Assembly: GCA_040954595.2 (NCBI GenBank)
Contig: CM082579.2
Location: forward strand, 15,414,550 to 15,478,549
Origin: Balanoglossus misakiensis
Taxonomy: Eukaryota; Animalia; Hemichordata
Direction of reading: 5' to 3'
Length of the DNA: 64,000 nt
Shown here: in pieces, positions 27,089 through 39,435 of the stretch
Numbering within the stretch: the first letter of the stretch is position 1
Layout of the letters: each line of letters opens with the position of its first letter
Notes under the pieces: generated by a model
What the model saw: the letters and a program-made list of their open reading frames with translations, nothing else
Told to the model about the DNA's origin: nothing
Database searches by the model: none
Made by a program: the position numbers and the translations under genes

Positions 27089-27217
27089 CTTTAACTTGCA
27101 TTGGTATTCTCTGGCGGCAAGTTTCACCTTGATATTCATCAGTACATTCACAAACAGGATTGCCATCACTGTCCTTGATGCAAACAGCATTGTTTGAGCA
27201 GAACCCTTCACATTTAT
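27089..27217 (-). CDS. exon: EGF domain
   Basis: DKCEGFCSNNAVC...CECTDEYQGETC; 129 nt. Confidence 0.9.
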
Positions 27218-27511
27218 CTAGACACAAGAATAAAATCACATCACATTATTCTACCTGACGAACCATTTGTATTAGACAAGAACTAAACCCACTTGCAGAT
27301 TCATTTCTTACAAACGGAATGGAAGTTGTGTGCTGTCGAACATTGATTCACTATATATCCACATGTACCGGGTGAATAACATAAACAGTGTCTTGTATCA
27401 AACATAATTAATGGAAAAAAGGGCAGCAAGAGCTATACTAAATCAACAGTAGTGTCTACGTTTTAGCTGTACATATTTCTGTTGACATTTCAGTTGTAGA
27501 TAGTTACATAC

Positions 27512-27634
27512 CTGTACAAGTTATTCCATCACCAGTGAAACCAGTTTTGCAAGTGCATTCATATCCTGGTACAAGATTCCTGCAAGTGGCATTTGGGTGA
27601 CAGTCATCCAGACCAAGACGACATTCATGTGCAT
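27512..27634 (-). CDS. exon: calcium-binding EGF domain
   Basis: DAHECRLGLDDCHPNATCRNLVPGYECTCKTGFTGDGITC; 123 nt. Confidence 0.9.
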
Positions 27635-27714
27635 CTAGAAAACAAAAATTCTTGCAATGTCTTTAACTGACCACCAAATAAAACTATGGGATCTTCATAC
27701 ATATCACCAGTTAA

Positions 27715-27897
27715 AGGTATACGGTCACCTATGGAAAATTAGCTATAGTTACCATGGCAAAAGGAGATCTAGCCAATCACAGATTTTCAGTGGGTGGCAC
27801 ATGCAAAAAAGAGCGCCACCATATGTTCTTTAGAACTCTCATATACTCCATTTCAGCCATATATGGGCGTTTGTAAATTGGAGGTGACTGTATACCT
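27715..27897. mobile_element. Kolobok-like MITE in intron
   Basis: TTAA|aggtatacggtcacct...aggtgactgtatacct|TTAA. Confidence 0.85.
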
Positions 27898-28202
27898 TTA
27901 AGTTAGATGACTACCCAGATGCAGTGCATGGTTATCACATTCCATAGCCTAACATGTAGAATTCTGAGAAAACAGTATTACAATATTGTTATTTCCGTGA
28001 AATTTTCAGAAAAGGTGTTAAAAGAGGAGCATTATTAAATTATATAAAAATGTTGGATCACACAACATATCAAATGATACTCTAAATAAAGAAGAAAATT
28101 TCTTATAATGAAGTGTTTGTGTCAGATTGAACAGTTAAGGTTGATCTCCACAAGCACTTCATGCATGTTATCAGTTCTATGATTATGAAAAATTATTCCT
28201 AC

Positions 28203-28364
28203 CATCACATTCTGTTTCATATAGGGCACCCTCTCTGCCTGTAGTGTAGCCAGTTGGGCATGGTTGACAAGCATCCTGGTTGAATTCAAAGTTATATGTT
28301 CCAACAGGGCATTTCTCACATCTATAGGACTCCTGATTCAAGTACCAACCAACATTGCAGTAAG
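28203..28364 (-). CDS. exon: GCC2/GCC3 repeat 4
   Basis: YCNVGWYLNQESYRCEKCPVGTYNFEFNQDACQPCPTGYTT; 162 nt, AG/GT. Confidence 0.9.
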
Positions 28365-28501
28365 CTGTTGATGGAATGGAAAAAGAGCATAGAATAAACT
28401 TGGAGGACTATCATTATTCTGAACAACTGAGGCACAATAATACAACCTTCAGTTCAGTACAGTTGAGATACAACATGAAAAGTTGTATACATAATACTTA
28501 C

Positions 28502-28669
28502 AAACATTACAATCTTCACTTAAGGTTGAACCGACTGCTCTTGTGGTGAAGCCAAATGGGCACGGCATACAAGATGGCTGAAGTTCAGCATTTGATCGAT
28601 AGGTTCCCATGGGACACGACTCACAAGACCCATTGACACTAAGTTGGACTCCCACTGATTTACATACCT
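28502..28669 (-). CDS. exon: GCC2/GCC3 repeat 3
   Basis: CESCPMGTYRSNAELQPSCMPCPFGFTT; 168 nt, AG/GTAAGT. Confidence 0.9.
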
Positions 28670-28913
28670 CTGTAATTGAGAAGATTAATTTTTTGATATT
28701 CACGATTATCTGCTTTTCACTCACGTGAATTTGTTAAACTGTTGAATATGTTACATATCTGGCGGTTCTAAAGTAAAAACCTACTCGGAAAAAAGTTTAC
28801 TGGATGCCGAAATATTGCTTGCCTGTCACTTACAAATGATAACGCCATGGGTACGTCACATGGCCAGATCATGTGATTGATAGTCAAGAATAGCAAATAA
28901 CACAAGTACCTAA

Positions 28914-29075
28914 CCTGACATTGTGACTCATCAGTAGCTCCTTCAACTAATGTAAGCATTTCCTTTGGGCAAGTATTACACACAAACTTTCCTTCTTCTG
29001 ATTGCCAGAATCCAATGGGGCAGCTTTGGCACTAAGAAGTCCCGTTGTCAAAGTAGTGACCAACATCGCACCTCT
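28914..29075 (-). CDS. exon: GCC2/GCC3 repeat 2 with in-frame stop
   Basis: ERCDVGHYFDNGTS*CQSCPIGFWQSEEGKFVCNTCP; 162 nt; followed by TTAGGT. Confidence 0.85.
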
Positions 29076-29335
29076 CTGCAATAGACATCATTGTTGAAAA
29101 ATTATTTTTTCAACCAAAGAGATGAACATTCCAATTGTCATTCTTTCCATATTGGATCACACCACAATAATTTGATATATACGTCACAATTCCCGTCAAG
29201 GGGTATGGGGTTTTATCGGGCCAGTGGCATGAGTGAGGCTAGACGCTAGTTTTGGAAGCAAAGCGGACAAAATACGGCTAGATACTAGGCTATGGCTGTG
29301 GACGAGGAGGAGATATTGCCTTCTGTTATACATAA

Positions 29336-29497
29336 CAAAACACTGCAAGATGGATAATGATCTCTTTCCCCTGGTGACTCCATTATTTGGACAGGCATTG
29401 CATGCTGTTTGTCCTTCAAGGGGTTGATAATATCCAATTGCACAAGGATGGCACTGACTCAGCTCAGTGTCATGGTACGACCCTTCAGGACACAATA
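29336..29497 (-). CDS. exon: GCC2/GCC3 repeat 1
   Basis: VLCPEGSYHD...CHPCAIGYYQPLEGQTACNACP; 162 nt; followed by TTATGT. Confidence 0.85.
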
Positions 29498-30091
29498 CTG
29501 TGGAAATACAAAATGTTGAAGGCAGATGTATACATTGTTCATGTACTGATCATTATGCATTAATGGTTTAAAACACAACTACAATTGTAACACACAGCAT
29601 TCATTTTGGCCAGTTTTTCACTCTTGTGTCTACAAGTGGGATTGCAGTTGTGTGTGGTTGAATGTTGATTCACTATATATCCACATGTAGAATAACATTA
29701 ACTGTGTCTTCTATCAAACATAATTAATGGAAAAAGGGCAGCGAGAAAGAGACTTTGTCCCTCCTTGGTATGAGCATATCAAATCAATTATTTCCTTATA
29801 TCACCTCTTGGTTGGGTTGTATTTACCACTCACACTTGTCTTTAATTTGTACACTGCGACTCACAACCACACTCGCAGCAATACGGCCCACCTAACAGGT
29901 CATATCAGGCGATATAAACATATTAACATCTACACCTTTTTATAATATTAATTTTGGACACAGTTTTAATCCTTTCACCACCATGGTTCAGTCCAAACCA
30001 ATTGTTTTCTATGGTAAGGTTTGACCTCTATAGAGGAAACTGGGAGTGAAAGGGTTAAAGTACATAACAACTGAGGAGTATAGGCACTCAC

Positions 30092-30240
30092 CACATTCTT
30101 CTCCAACAAGAACACTACCATTGGAACAGAATATTGTACTTTCAACTTGTAATGTCTCAGCGTCGACCGAATATTCAGCTGTATCAAAAGGACCATTGTT
30201 GACTGCATCTTCAATAACTACAGCTGCAGCATCAGCAGAG
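30092..30240 (-). CDS. exon: linker into first Cys repeat
   Basis: SADAAAVVIEDAVNNG...FCSNGSVLVGEEC; phase 2 to 1, AG/GTGAGT. Confidence 0.85.
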
Positions 30241-30309
30241 CTAATGGATAAAACAACATGCAAAAAATTCTTACATATGCCTCATTACAATACCAACCGG
30301 AAGTGTGTA

Positions 30310-30517
30310 CTGTAAACTGGGTTGTTTTCACGACAGGAAATTTTCGCGATATTAAAAGAGGCGACTGTTACGTGAGGACGAATTTTCGAGTTCTCGTATT
30401 TCACTAACTGCATCATTATCTCCAAAAACATTTTACACAACTTTTTATTTTAACGTTTTTTTGACCAGCGCATGTTTTGCAGAAATTTACTGCTCGCGAA
30501 AATAACACGTTTTGCAG
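30310..30517. mobile_element. TA-flanked Tc1/mariner-type MITE
   Basis: TA|ctgtaaa...tttgcag|TA; related inverted copy at 32378-32567. Confidence 0.7.
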
Positions 30518-30808
30518 TATATTTCGAATGCATGAATCTTTAGAATACAGGATGCCGCAACATGAAGGAAGGTGGGCAGAACTGATGGGGTTGCCAAAAA
30601 CTGAAAATGTTTGAGTGTTAAGACACAAAATAATTTGTTTTCACTTGCATGAATGGAATATTTTGCAATAATGCAAACACCAGCTGTATAGGGAATACAG
30701 AGCTGGTCCTCACACAGCCTGGGATCAGTACCCTAGACATGTCACCAAAGTCATTTCAATAGAACAGAAGGGGAATAAAATACTCGAAAAATAACAATTA
30801 CTACTCAC

Positions 30809-31061
30809 GCATTGGTTGTGAAACTGAACTGAACCACAAGCTGAGTATCAGCCTGTCTCTTTCTTCGGTTTGAGGCGCCGCAGGTTATTTCAAGGTCATC
30901 AAAGTTGCATTCACCGCCACAAATACCAAACAAATCATTCAGATAGTTGATAGTGTTCATAAAACTGATCCTCAATTGCTGGATGACACCATTGTTACAT
31001 GTACCAGCCTGTGAATTGTATGACACGCCACAATTCACTCCACGTTGAGTCTTCCCAGGAG
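30809..31061 (-). CDS. exon: Cys-containing linker with RRKR furin-type site
   Basis: APGKTQRGVNC...TCGASNRRKRQADTQLVVQFSF; phase 1 to 2, AG/GTGAGT. Confidence 0.85.
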
Positions 31062-31464
31062 CTGCAGTAGAACAATACAAACAAACAAATTTTGTTAAAG
31101 ATGCAATTTTCAATCTAGCGAACGATGTATTGACTTAGACTGCTAAACCGCTTAGCCAATCAGGAAAGTTACAGCTGCTTACCCAGAACAAAATATTAAG
31201 AAAATAGCTCAAATGTACTGGAGCTTTATATTGGGGTAAGCAGATATGATGTTAACAGATTATCTACCTGTAATCACAACCTTGACATACTGTAAAGCAA
31301 GAATTTGCATTACTCATATTTCTGTTTTCATTTATAACTAAAAGAAAATTGTCTCAATGCTGGAATACCCCCTCTCACAACTCTCTCTCTTTGGAGAATT
31401 TTCTGAATGTGCATGTGCAACCTGATTATATTTCTTTACTGATACCAAATCATTTTTTTCTCAC

Positions 31465-31665
31465 CTGAACATCCAGGGAAGGTGAATTCCTCGTCTGGAT
31501 TCTCAGGATTAAAAGATCCTTCACTATGGCAGAGATAGTAAGGTGCTGGCAGGCTTGCAAACTTGTACCCTGGTAAACAATCCACCTGACAGAACACACC
31601 CGACTCAAACTCATTACAGATGGAAATACCTTTAACTGGTGGTGCTGGCTTTTCACAATCAAATG
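31465..31665 (-). CDS. exon: sushi/CCP-like domain (acceptor mutated)
   Basis: FDCEKPAPPVKGISIC...CQVDCLPGYKF...YYLC...FPGCS; 201 nt; preceded by ttcttttacAT rather than AG. Confidence 0.85.
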
Positions 31666-32377
31666 ATGTAAAAGAAAGGAGAACACAGTTTATTTGTCTA
31701 TATATATATTTTTAATTTTATTTCATCTATCATCCAACAGGCAAATACTACCCAAATGTCTGTGTCTCATATATCATCCAACAGGCAAATACTACCCAAA
31801 TGTCCAGGTCTAGGTAACGAACCCACAACCCTAGCCACTAGGGCACAATGCCTCTTTTACCAGGTTCACACAGGGTAAAATTTGAGACACTATTTGCCAG
31901 TGCTAACCACAGAGCATTAATCCTTTGAGTCATGTTGTGTCCACACACACAAAGTTTATGTATGGGCGCTGAGGCTCGGCCCCATAGACAATGGGTTGCG
32001 GAGAGGTGTTAATCCTTACACCGGCTCAGGTCTGGCTGGCAGAGCCGTCTAAAATCTGAGACGTTTCAGGACCACTTACACCGTCCACACATGTTTTTTT
32101 AAGACAGTATCAATTCTGAGATGCTTCAGAACTGTCTTAATGGTGTATGTGTGACACCCATATTTATTACACAGTCAAATCTTTTAAACAGAACACCAAC
32201 ACATTAACATGTTTCTATGTAAAAGGGACTAGGAAAAGCTGTTGGTTGAAGAGAGGTTTCCCGATTAGACAGGGTTTGTTTTAGACGGGTTTGAGTGTCC
32301 TTGTATGTTCTGAATGATGTTGTTATAATTTTTGATAGTTACATAGGGACAAAAGTGATAATGATGCAATCATATTA

Positions 32378-32567
32378 CTGTAAAACGGCAAATTTTCCCA
32401 AACTTCGGCAAAAAAGAAGAAGAAGATAAAGTCGCATAAAATGTTTTTCAGAGATAACAGAGTAGTTAGTAAAATACTAGAATGCGGAAATTTAATTCTC
32501 GTGTCACAGTTGCCTCTTTTGATATATTGCAAAATATTTTCTGTCACGAAAATGTCCCGTTTTACAG
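32378..32567. mobile_element. TA-flanked Tc1/mariner-type MITE
   Basis: TA|ctgtaaaacgg...ccgttttacag|TA. Confidence 0.75.
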
Positions 32568-32664
32568 TATGTGACAAGACATAACAAGGGGTAGAGATGA
32601 CAATTTGTCAAGATATTAATTAATTTGTAAAGTTTATGTAGGAATGATAAAAAAATTCACTCAC

Positions 32665-32760
32665 GCAGTACATAGAGTAAAAAGTTGCACTGTGCATTGT
32701 TGCCAGCTGTATCTGAAGCAACATAGCTGATCTGGTAGGTTCCCCAGGAAAAGGTGTCAC
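32665..32760 (-). CDS. exon: HYR domain C-half
   Basis: GDTFSWGTYQISYVASDTAGNNAQCNFLLYVL; 96 nt, AG/GTGAGT. Confidence 0.9.
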
Positions 32761-33463
32761 CTGTAAGAACAAAATTATGCACATCATTACAGGCATGGGT
32801 GCTAAAGCCAAAATAGCTTCCGTTTCTTGAATGTTTGTCATGATTTTCTATTCAAACTTAGAATGGTCCATTTAAGTGAGCTATCTGGTGGGTATACACA
32901 GGCATATTATCAACTCCTGATTGTGACTGTACATATAAACATGAACAAGATATGTATACTAAACAGATATGGTGCCGCACACGTTTATTCAACTGCCCAT
33001 TGTAAGAGAACACAACATTTGTGGTATGGGTATCCCCAGTAGTAGTGGAGAATATTAAGTACTTTACTGATTAAAGGCCTTGCTCAACAGTTGGTCAAAT
33101 CTTTTGTTTCCAATAAACAATTACGTGTAAACACAAATGCTTTCGAGTTTTAACTTCATTGTACTGCCCTGGGATCGAGGAAAGGGCCTATAAACATATG
33201 GTAATAGTATCAGCAATTGAGGCTTTAATACTTGGAAGCAAGATCATCTGTCGCACATAGGATGTGCTAGCCATATATGAGTAACGGCCACAAGAATAAA
33301 CTGTACCAGTATGCTTCATACTGACAATAATCTTAGGAAAGTTGTCTCAGCTGGTTGGTTTCTGTTTAGATCAACTCCCCACCCCACCCCGATAAAAAAA
33401 CTTAGTTAGTGTGAATGTTATATATTATCTATAATCAGAAATGATATTTTATAGGAAACTTAC

Positions 33464-33604
33464 CCATTGTGTAGGTTTGTGTCACATTGGCAATGGCGAC
33501 ATCATCTGTAAATATAGGCTCCTGCCATACTCCTGTTGTCAAGCTATTAGGACTAATTATACGGGTCGTATTGGGACAGTAAATGACTTCAGGAGCGTGT
33601 TTAT
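33464..33604 (-). CDS. exon: HYR domain N-half
   Basis: DKHAPEVIYCPN...VWQEPIFTDD; 141 nt, AG/GTAAGT. Confidence 0.9.
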
Positions 33605-33902
33605 CTGAAGAAAAAAAATGAAAGAATAACAAATGTTTGTAAATTAAACAACTGGTCCACACCCCATATGCATACACTGGTACATTTAGGTAAATGCACT
33701 ACTAGATGTTAATATCTGTCACATATTCATGAGAAATCCAGATATTGTTAAGTGCTTGTTTTCTGATACATGTGAATAGACTAGATCACTGTCAAGAAAC
33801 ACTACAAGATAGGACAGGAGTCATGATATGGTATCCATAGGCATAATAACTGATATGATCAATTACACTCATGATAAGCCTAGTTCTTGGAACAGCAGAA
33901 AC

Positions 33903-33992
33903 TGATGATGATGATGGTGATGATGATGACGATGATGATGATGATGGTGGTGGTGGTGGTGGTGATGATGATTATGATGATGATGATGGTGA
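33903..33992 (+). repeat. (GAT)n/(GGT)n microsatellite
   Basis: Trinucleotide runs; source of spurious poly-His/poly-Met ORFs. Confidence 0.95.
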
Positions 33993-34341
33993 TAGTGGTT
34001 GTGAATAGTATCATTACATTCAGTGTTAAATACATGTACGGTAGAAACAAAAAGAGTGAGCGATACAGGCATGGGCAGATGATGATTCCCTATACTTCCT
34101 AAAGTAGGGAGATTGCAGGCTGTGTGATTGGAGTACAACACACAGCAACTAGGGGCTGGTGAATGTACACAGGAAAAACTACTCAAAATTTCACACAGTT
34201 TTCCCTGGACAGACACAACATTACAAGGAGAGCTGTGTTAAAGTAAGGATTTAGGATTAATCAACTCTGTGAATATGACCCAATTTCTCCTCGTCAGATT
34301 ATGCATAAAATTGTTTGATAGTAATGAATAAGGCTATTTAC

Positions 34342-34628
34342 CAACAGGTGTGCATGGTGAACCAGAGTAACCAATTGGGCACCTGGTACTTCCACAAGCT
34401 GATGGCTGGATTTTGACCACACTACCCAATAACTCTTGATCCATTTCAACCCACATGACATGATTGCCAAGTGGACTTTGTGAACAGTTCAAAGCCAGAC
34501 TCTGGATTTCAACAGGAGTCAATACATAATCGTATACATTCATCTGTGTAACATCACCATGGAAGCTAAAATAGTTGTCAAGGAGTCCATTTTCGTCATA
34601 GCTTTGACCAAGAATTACCATACAGCTG
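34342..34628 (-). CDS. exon 1 of fragment: pentraxin C-terminal half plus EGF-like
   Basis: VILGQSYD...FHGDVTQMNVYDYVLTPVEIQSLA..C....GNHVMW...CPIGYSGSPC; acceptor tttttcag, donor gtaaat. Confidence 0.85.
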
Positions 34629-34634
34629 CTGAAA

Positions 34635-35500
34635 AACTAATTAAATATTCACGAGCCACTGCACGTCTACTCATTGGCCCCTATCACCCTACCAAGTTTC
34701 AGCCCCCTAGGTGCAGCGGTTTTCCAGATCTAACTGGCCGAATTTCTCGGAAGAAGAAGAAGAAGAAGAATTAAAGCTGCGAGCAGCATTGTCGGGCCCA
34801 AGCGCTGATCTTGAATTATATATGCACAGTATGAATGAGAAGAAACAGAATTTTCTATCGGATGTATTATCTCATGACATAACAAGGATGTGTGTATTTT
34901 TGCTGCTGAAATAGGGTGAAGTAGGTCAAAGGTCACCTGAGGTCACCCAACATTTGGGCATTTTTTTTTTACCCATACTGGTCCATGTCCAACAAAAACC
35001 AAAACTCTAGCTCTATTGGTTCGCCTGTAATTAGGTATGTGCATAATTAATGAGGTCAGCAGAGGTCAAAGGGGTCATGAAAAGTAGCAAAATATTTTGA
35101 TCACACACTAATCCACATTCATCAAAAACCAAACCTCTAGCCCTATAGGTTAGCCTGGAATTAGATATGCAGAAATAATAACGCATGATAATTAGGTCAA
35201 AGGTCATGTGAAAAATCGCCAAAAAATTGTTATATATTTTAGTCACATGACGATTGATATCCATAAAAAGAATTTGTATGCTATCAATTTTTGGACTAGA
35301 AAAAGGAATTTCAATTTTTCTCTGTTTTTTACAAAATCCAATATGGCCACCATAATCTTCGACCAATCACAATGCTCTTTGCAAACTTGATAGACATCAG
35401 TGTAGTGACCATACTCCCCGAATCTTGCGACTCAGTCATCGCTCGTTCTGGAGAAGAAGATTTTTGGAGTTTAACTATGGTTTTACGAAAAACCAATAAA
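34635..35500. mobile_element. nested HINE-like fragments at the gene truncation point
   Basis: accaagtttc and ggtcaaaggtca cores, (GAA)n; similar to 53630-54060 inverted. Confidence 0.6.
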
Positions 35501-35828
35501 CCCGCTGTACCTCCGCATGTCTCCACAAGAGCTAGGCGCTCAAAATCGGTCGGACGCAGACCAGCGGTCTGTCAGGTGTAGTAACCGTAACACCAATAAA
35601 GGTAGGTTTTCATTGATTCTAATAGGTCTCCGTTCATCAACATTTCAAATATTCTCCATAATCCAGTAGTTGCCACTGTACTTGAATGAAATATTTCCTT
35701 TCAAACTTCCAAATGGTAACCGAATCTCAAATCGCAAATCTTTCCATTTTAATAACGAAGTCGGATGCCGAAATTACCAACTCACTTTTTCTATCGGACT
35801 CCATCATTCTAATACTTTACTTCAATGT

Positions 35829-36209
35829 TCAAAAATTGTGTAAAACAATATCCACTCTCAATCTATATTTCAGGTTTAACGGCGTAATGGCATCCCCGGC
35901 CTTTGCTCTATCATAGAGGCAAATGGTATTATCTCTTCCAGTGGAAAAGTTGCGGAGCTGTACGTATTCTCCCTTCTGTAATCTGTTCAGCCACTTCGGA
36001 TTTTCTTTCCTGAATTTAAGTTCCAGAACGTTGCCATCGTGCTGCATACAAGGCACGCTAAACAGTTTCCCGTTGGCGGAATTCCGGATCTCGACATCCT
36101 CCATGACGCGCAATTTCACAGCCAGGCCTTGGCTGGTTGCAGATGATGGAGCTAAGGTACGTAACAATCGCACCCCGAAACGCCTGGGCCCTTTTTTGTG
36201 TGTAGTCAT
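35829..36209 (-). pseudogene. intronless ORF resembling an RPA-type OB-fold ssDNA-binding domain; decayed continuation downstream
   Basis: VKLRVMEDVEIRNSANGKLFSV...LELKF...WLNRLQKGEYVQLRNF resembles the RPA1 DBD-A pattern (GKLFS...K.Y); judged by eye. Confidence 0.4.
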
Positions 36210-37369
36210 TGTGGGTATGTTAACCTCCCATGTCCTACATTTTTAGAAATTTAGTATACAAAACTGGATGACCGATTATGTTTTAGAGACCTTTCCCGAA
36301 TCCACCTGAAGCCCAGTCGGAATGTCTTGGGATGTAACCTGAATTCAATATGGCCGCCTCCATGCGTTTACTTGCATTTGAAAATACGTTGATTTTATCG
36401 TCGATTAGCGGTGTTTATTCTCAGTATCAATTTAAACGCGGCACTCGCTTACAAGTCATATTCTAGAAAGAAAGAAAAAATGATAGTTTCGAGTACAGAT
36501 TACATGTATTTTAAAACGAGGTTTGGTAACAATGGTATCACTACTAAATGACTTACAATCGATGTTTTTAATTGTCTTTGCACCACAGTATGAATCCGGT
36601 GATGGTAAATCGCATTCAACTTAGAAGGCATGGAGAAAGCGCAACTGATGGTAACTGGGATGCCAAACTGAAACTTTTGGGAGAGAAAACCTTGCCATGT
36701 ATGGACGTGGGTGTCACAGTTAAACTTGGGTTAAATACTACAGCGACAACCGAAGTCCCCTTGAGATATGATATGTGGTAGTGCATGTCCACATGAGTGC
36801 CGTGTACTAGTACGGCGCGCCAAGTGTTTCAAAATTATTTATCATTATTTTATAGAAAATTGATGTCTTTTAACAAAAAAAATACGTAAAAAACACAAAA
36901 AACTGATTGGTGGTTTAAAAAACAACGAGTGTAAAAAGTAATCCATCGTGGAGTCAAAAAACAAAAAACACACAGAAGAAAATCTCACCTGTTGTCAAAA
37001 AAACCCCCACCAAGCTCACCAAAAAAAACGTCCACAAGGCAGTTGCAAAAAAAAATCACTAATTTGTAACAAAAAAACCACGCGCACATTTTTCACGAAA
37101 AACGCACACTTCATCCCCACAAAAAATACACACAAAGTATTAAAAAGAACACTTTTTGAAAAAAAAGAGAGACTACAACTTTAAAAAATGCATACCCCCA
37201 GAACAAACAACACAGGCAAACATAGAAAAAACACGAACATGTTAGCCATAAAAAACGGAGATATTTGTCACCGAAAAAAAAACCCGCACTCATGTCACCC
37301 CAAAACTAACGGGCCACTTTAAAAAAAGCAGATGCAGTGAGGTTGCAAAAATAAGCACATTTTTAATCC

Positions 37370-37790
37370 CCCGAAAAAAAAACAGGCAATTTGAAAAAAA
37401 ACCCACAGCAATTTGCAAAAAAAAAAAAAAAAATAGGAACATTTGTCACCCAAAAAAACAGGCAATTTGAAAAAAAAAACGCAGAGCAATTTGCAAAAAA
37501 AAAAAAAAAAAAAAAATAGGAACATTTGTCACCCCCAAAAAACAGGCAATTTGAAAAAAAAAACGCAGAGCAATTTGCAAAAAAAAATATATAGGAACAT
37601 TTGTCACCCAAAAAAACAGGCAATTTGAAAAAAAAACGCAGAGCAATTTGCAAAAAAAAAATATAAAGGAACATTTGTCACCCAAAAAAACAGGCAATTT
37701 GAAAAAAAAAAAAAAACGCAGAGCTATTTGCAAAAAAAAATAATAGGAACATTTGTCACCCAAAAAACAGGCAATTTGAAAAAAAAAAAC
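37370..37790 (+). repeat. A-rich ~75 bp tandem repeat, about 6 units, variable poly-A
   Basis: aggaacatttgtcaccc(a)ncaggcaatttg(a)ncgcagagcaatttgc(a)n. Confidence 0.92.
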
Positions 37791-39435
37791 ACGATATACA
37801 GGATGATGCATGTACAGTGATGGGAAATGTATCAATCCACTCCTGCACTAGATTTGCATACAGCGCCATACCTTTTAGGGCTATTTTCTTGACCCTTTTG
37901 ATAGTCTGCTGGCCAAAAGTGGCTGGCCAAAGTGGCCAGCAGAGACATTCTTCCAATACCCTTCATAGTGCCAACAGACAAGGCTTGGATATACAACCTG
38001 TGTTGCTTGTAAGGCACACATCTCCAATTGGTACATTGGGCCAATTATACTGTACATGTACAGCTAGGAAAAAAATATACTTCATCATAGTTTCCATGGT
38101 CAGCAGCTTCAATAACTTGTTGCCTTTTCTTACTGAACATTTAGACTTATAAAGAAGTATAACAAGAATAAAGTTGTCCAATTAGTGTTGGCAGGGGGGT
38201 GGGGGATGTGTTCTCCCATACAAAGGTGTATAGGTATGTAGTCTTTAAGAAAAACTTGGGGTAAATGACCAGAAAATTTGACTTATAATACAAATAGGTC
38301 GGGTTTTGGGCATTTACACGTGTTGATGTTATCGACTGGGGCGACAGACTACCATCCGAAAAAATTTCAAGTACCCCCCCCCCCCCTCGGGTGCCGGCCA
38401 GTGGGATGGAGGTGATAGAAACTGTTGCAGATACAATAGAGGCCTACAACCTGAAAACCTTCTGGCTTTAACCGAGGACTTGCCATTAAAGATACCTGTA
38501 GGCCCCTATATGCTGCTCCCACATACACTCCCAGTCCTAAACCTTGCATCTGATTTGTGGTGCAGATGAAGAATTAAGATTGGCTTGACAATTAGCACAC
38601 TTAATTGCCTGTTATGAGATATAATACATACAATCATGGGACAAGAATGGCAAAAGTCAAATTATCCAGCAGGTGTTTGAATTATGCAAATTAGAGCAGT
38701 TGTCTAATATTGCCATGTCAACCATGTTGAAATTGTTTTAGGTACCCATATTAATGGAAACCCTGCAAATTCGATATTACACACCATTTAAAACAAATAT
38801 GGGAAATTAACATGTTAGAGAAATTTGGCGGCCATTTTGGATTATGCAAATTAGAACAGTTGTCTAATATTGCCATGTCAACCATGTTGAAATTGTTTTA
38901 GGTACCCAGGAGAGTTGAATGAAAATGCCATTTGCAATGCAGTTGTCTTGTATTGGGTGCCCATATTAAGGCATTCTTGAAAACGAAACATTATTCATCA
39001 TTTTGACGCAAACAGAAAAGGTGTTCAAATGCAAATTAGAAGAGTTGCCCAACCCTGCCATATTTGCAATACAGTTGTAGTGACTGTCAACTCGACTACA
39101 GACAGTCTCGATGAACACAAGACATGATCCCAATTTGCAAGCTGAGTTGAAACTGACTGCTGCAGTAACTTAGCTGTGGGAATGTCTTGTGTGATTTAAA
39201 ACAATGATGACCAAATTTAACACAGTTTCTCTGAGGTAACCATTTAGCTTTCGTGACTAAGTTTGTTTAAGAATCCTTTATTCTACCCAAGGAACAAATT
39301 TCCTTAGAATTTCACAGCTGAGACACAGTTTACAGATATACAAAAAGTGCGTACTACAAACATAAGAAATTGTTTGCATTTTTTTTCTGATGGCAATGCA
39401 TTTGACTGTAAACAGACATTGACGTCCTTTAGTAA

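Larger units (their letters stand above)
26108..34628 (-). pseudogene. 5'-truncated, damaged 14-exon gene for a type I membrane protein (pentraxin C-term, EGF-like, HYR, sushi/CCP, RRKR linker, 4x GCC2/GCC3 ephrin-receptor-like Cys repeats, cbEGF, EGF, TM, NPxY tail); SVEP1/uninflatable-like
   Basis: 14 exons join in consistent phase (mostly phase 1) by manual splicing. In-frame TAG at 29034-29032, AG->AT acceptor at 31667-31666, TT instead of GT donors at 29335 and 28913. No upstream exons found on this strand. Confidence 0.85.

Noticed and set aside
33869-34216. Poly-His and poly-Met ORFs
   Set aside because: Intronic GAT/GGT microsatellite
36948-37835. Lys-rich and Phe-rich ORFs
   Set aside because: Artefacts of A-rich sequence and the tandem array
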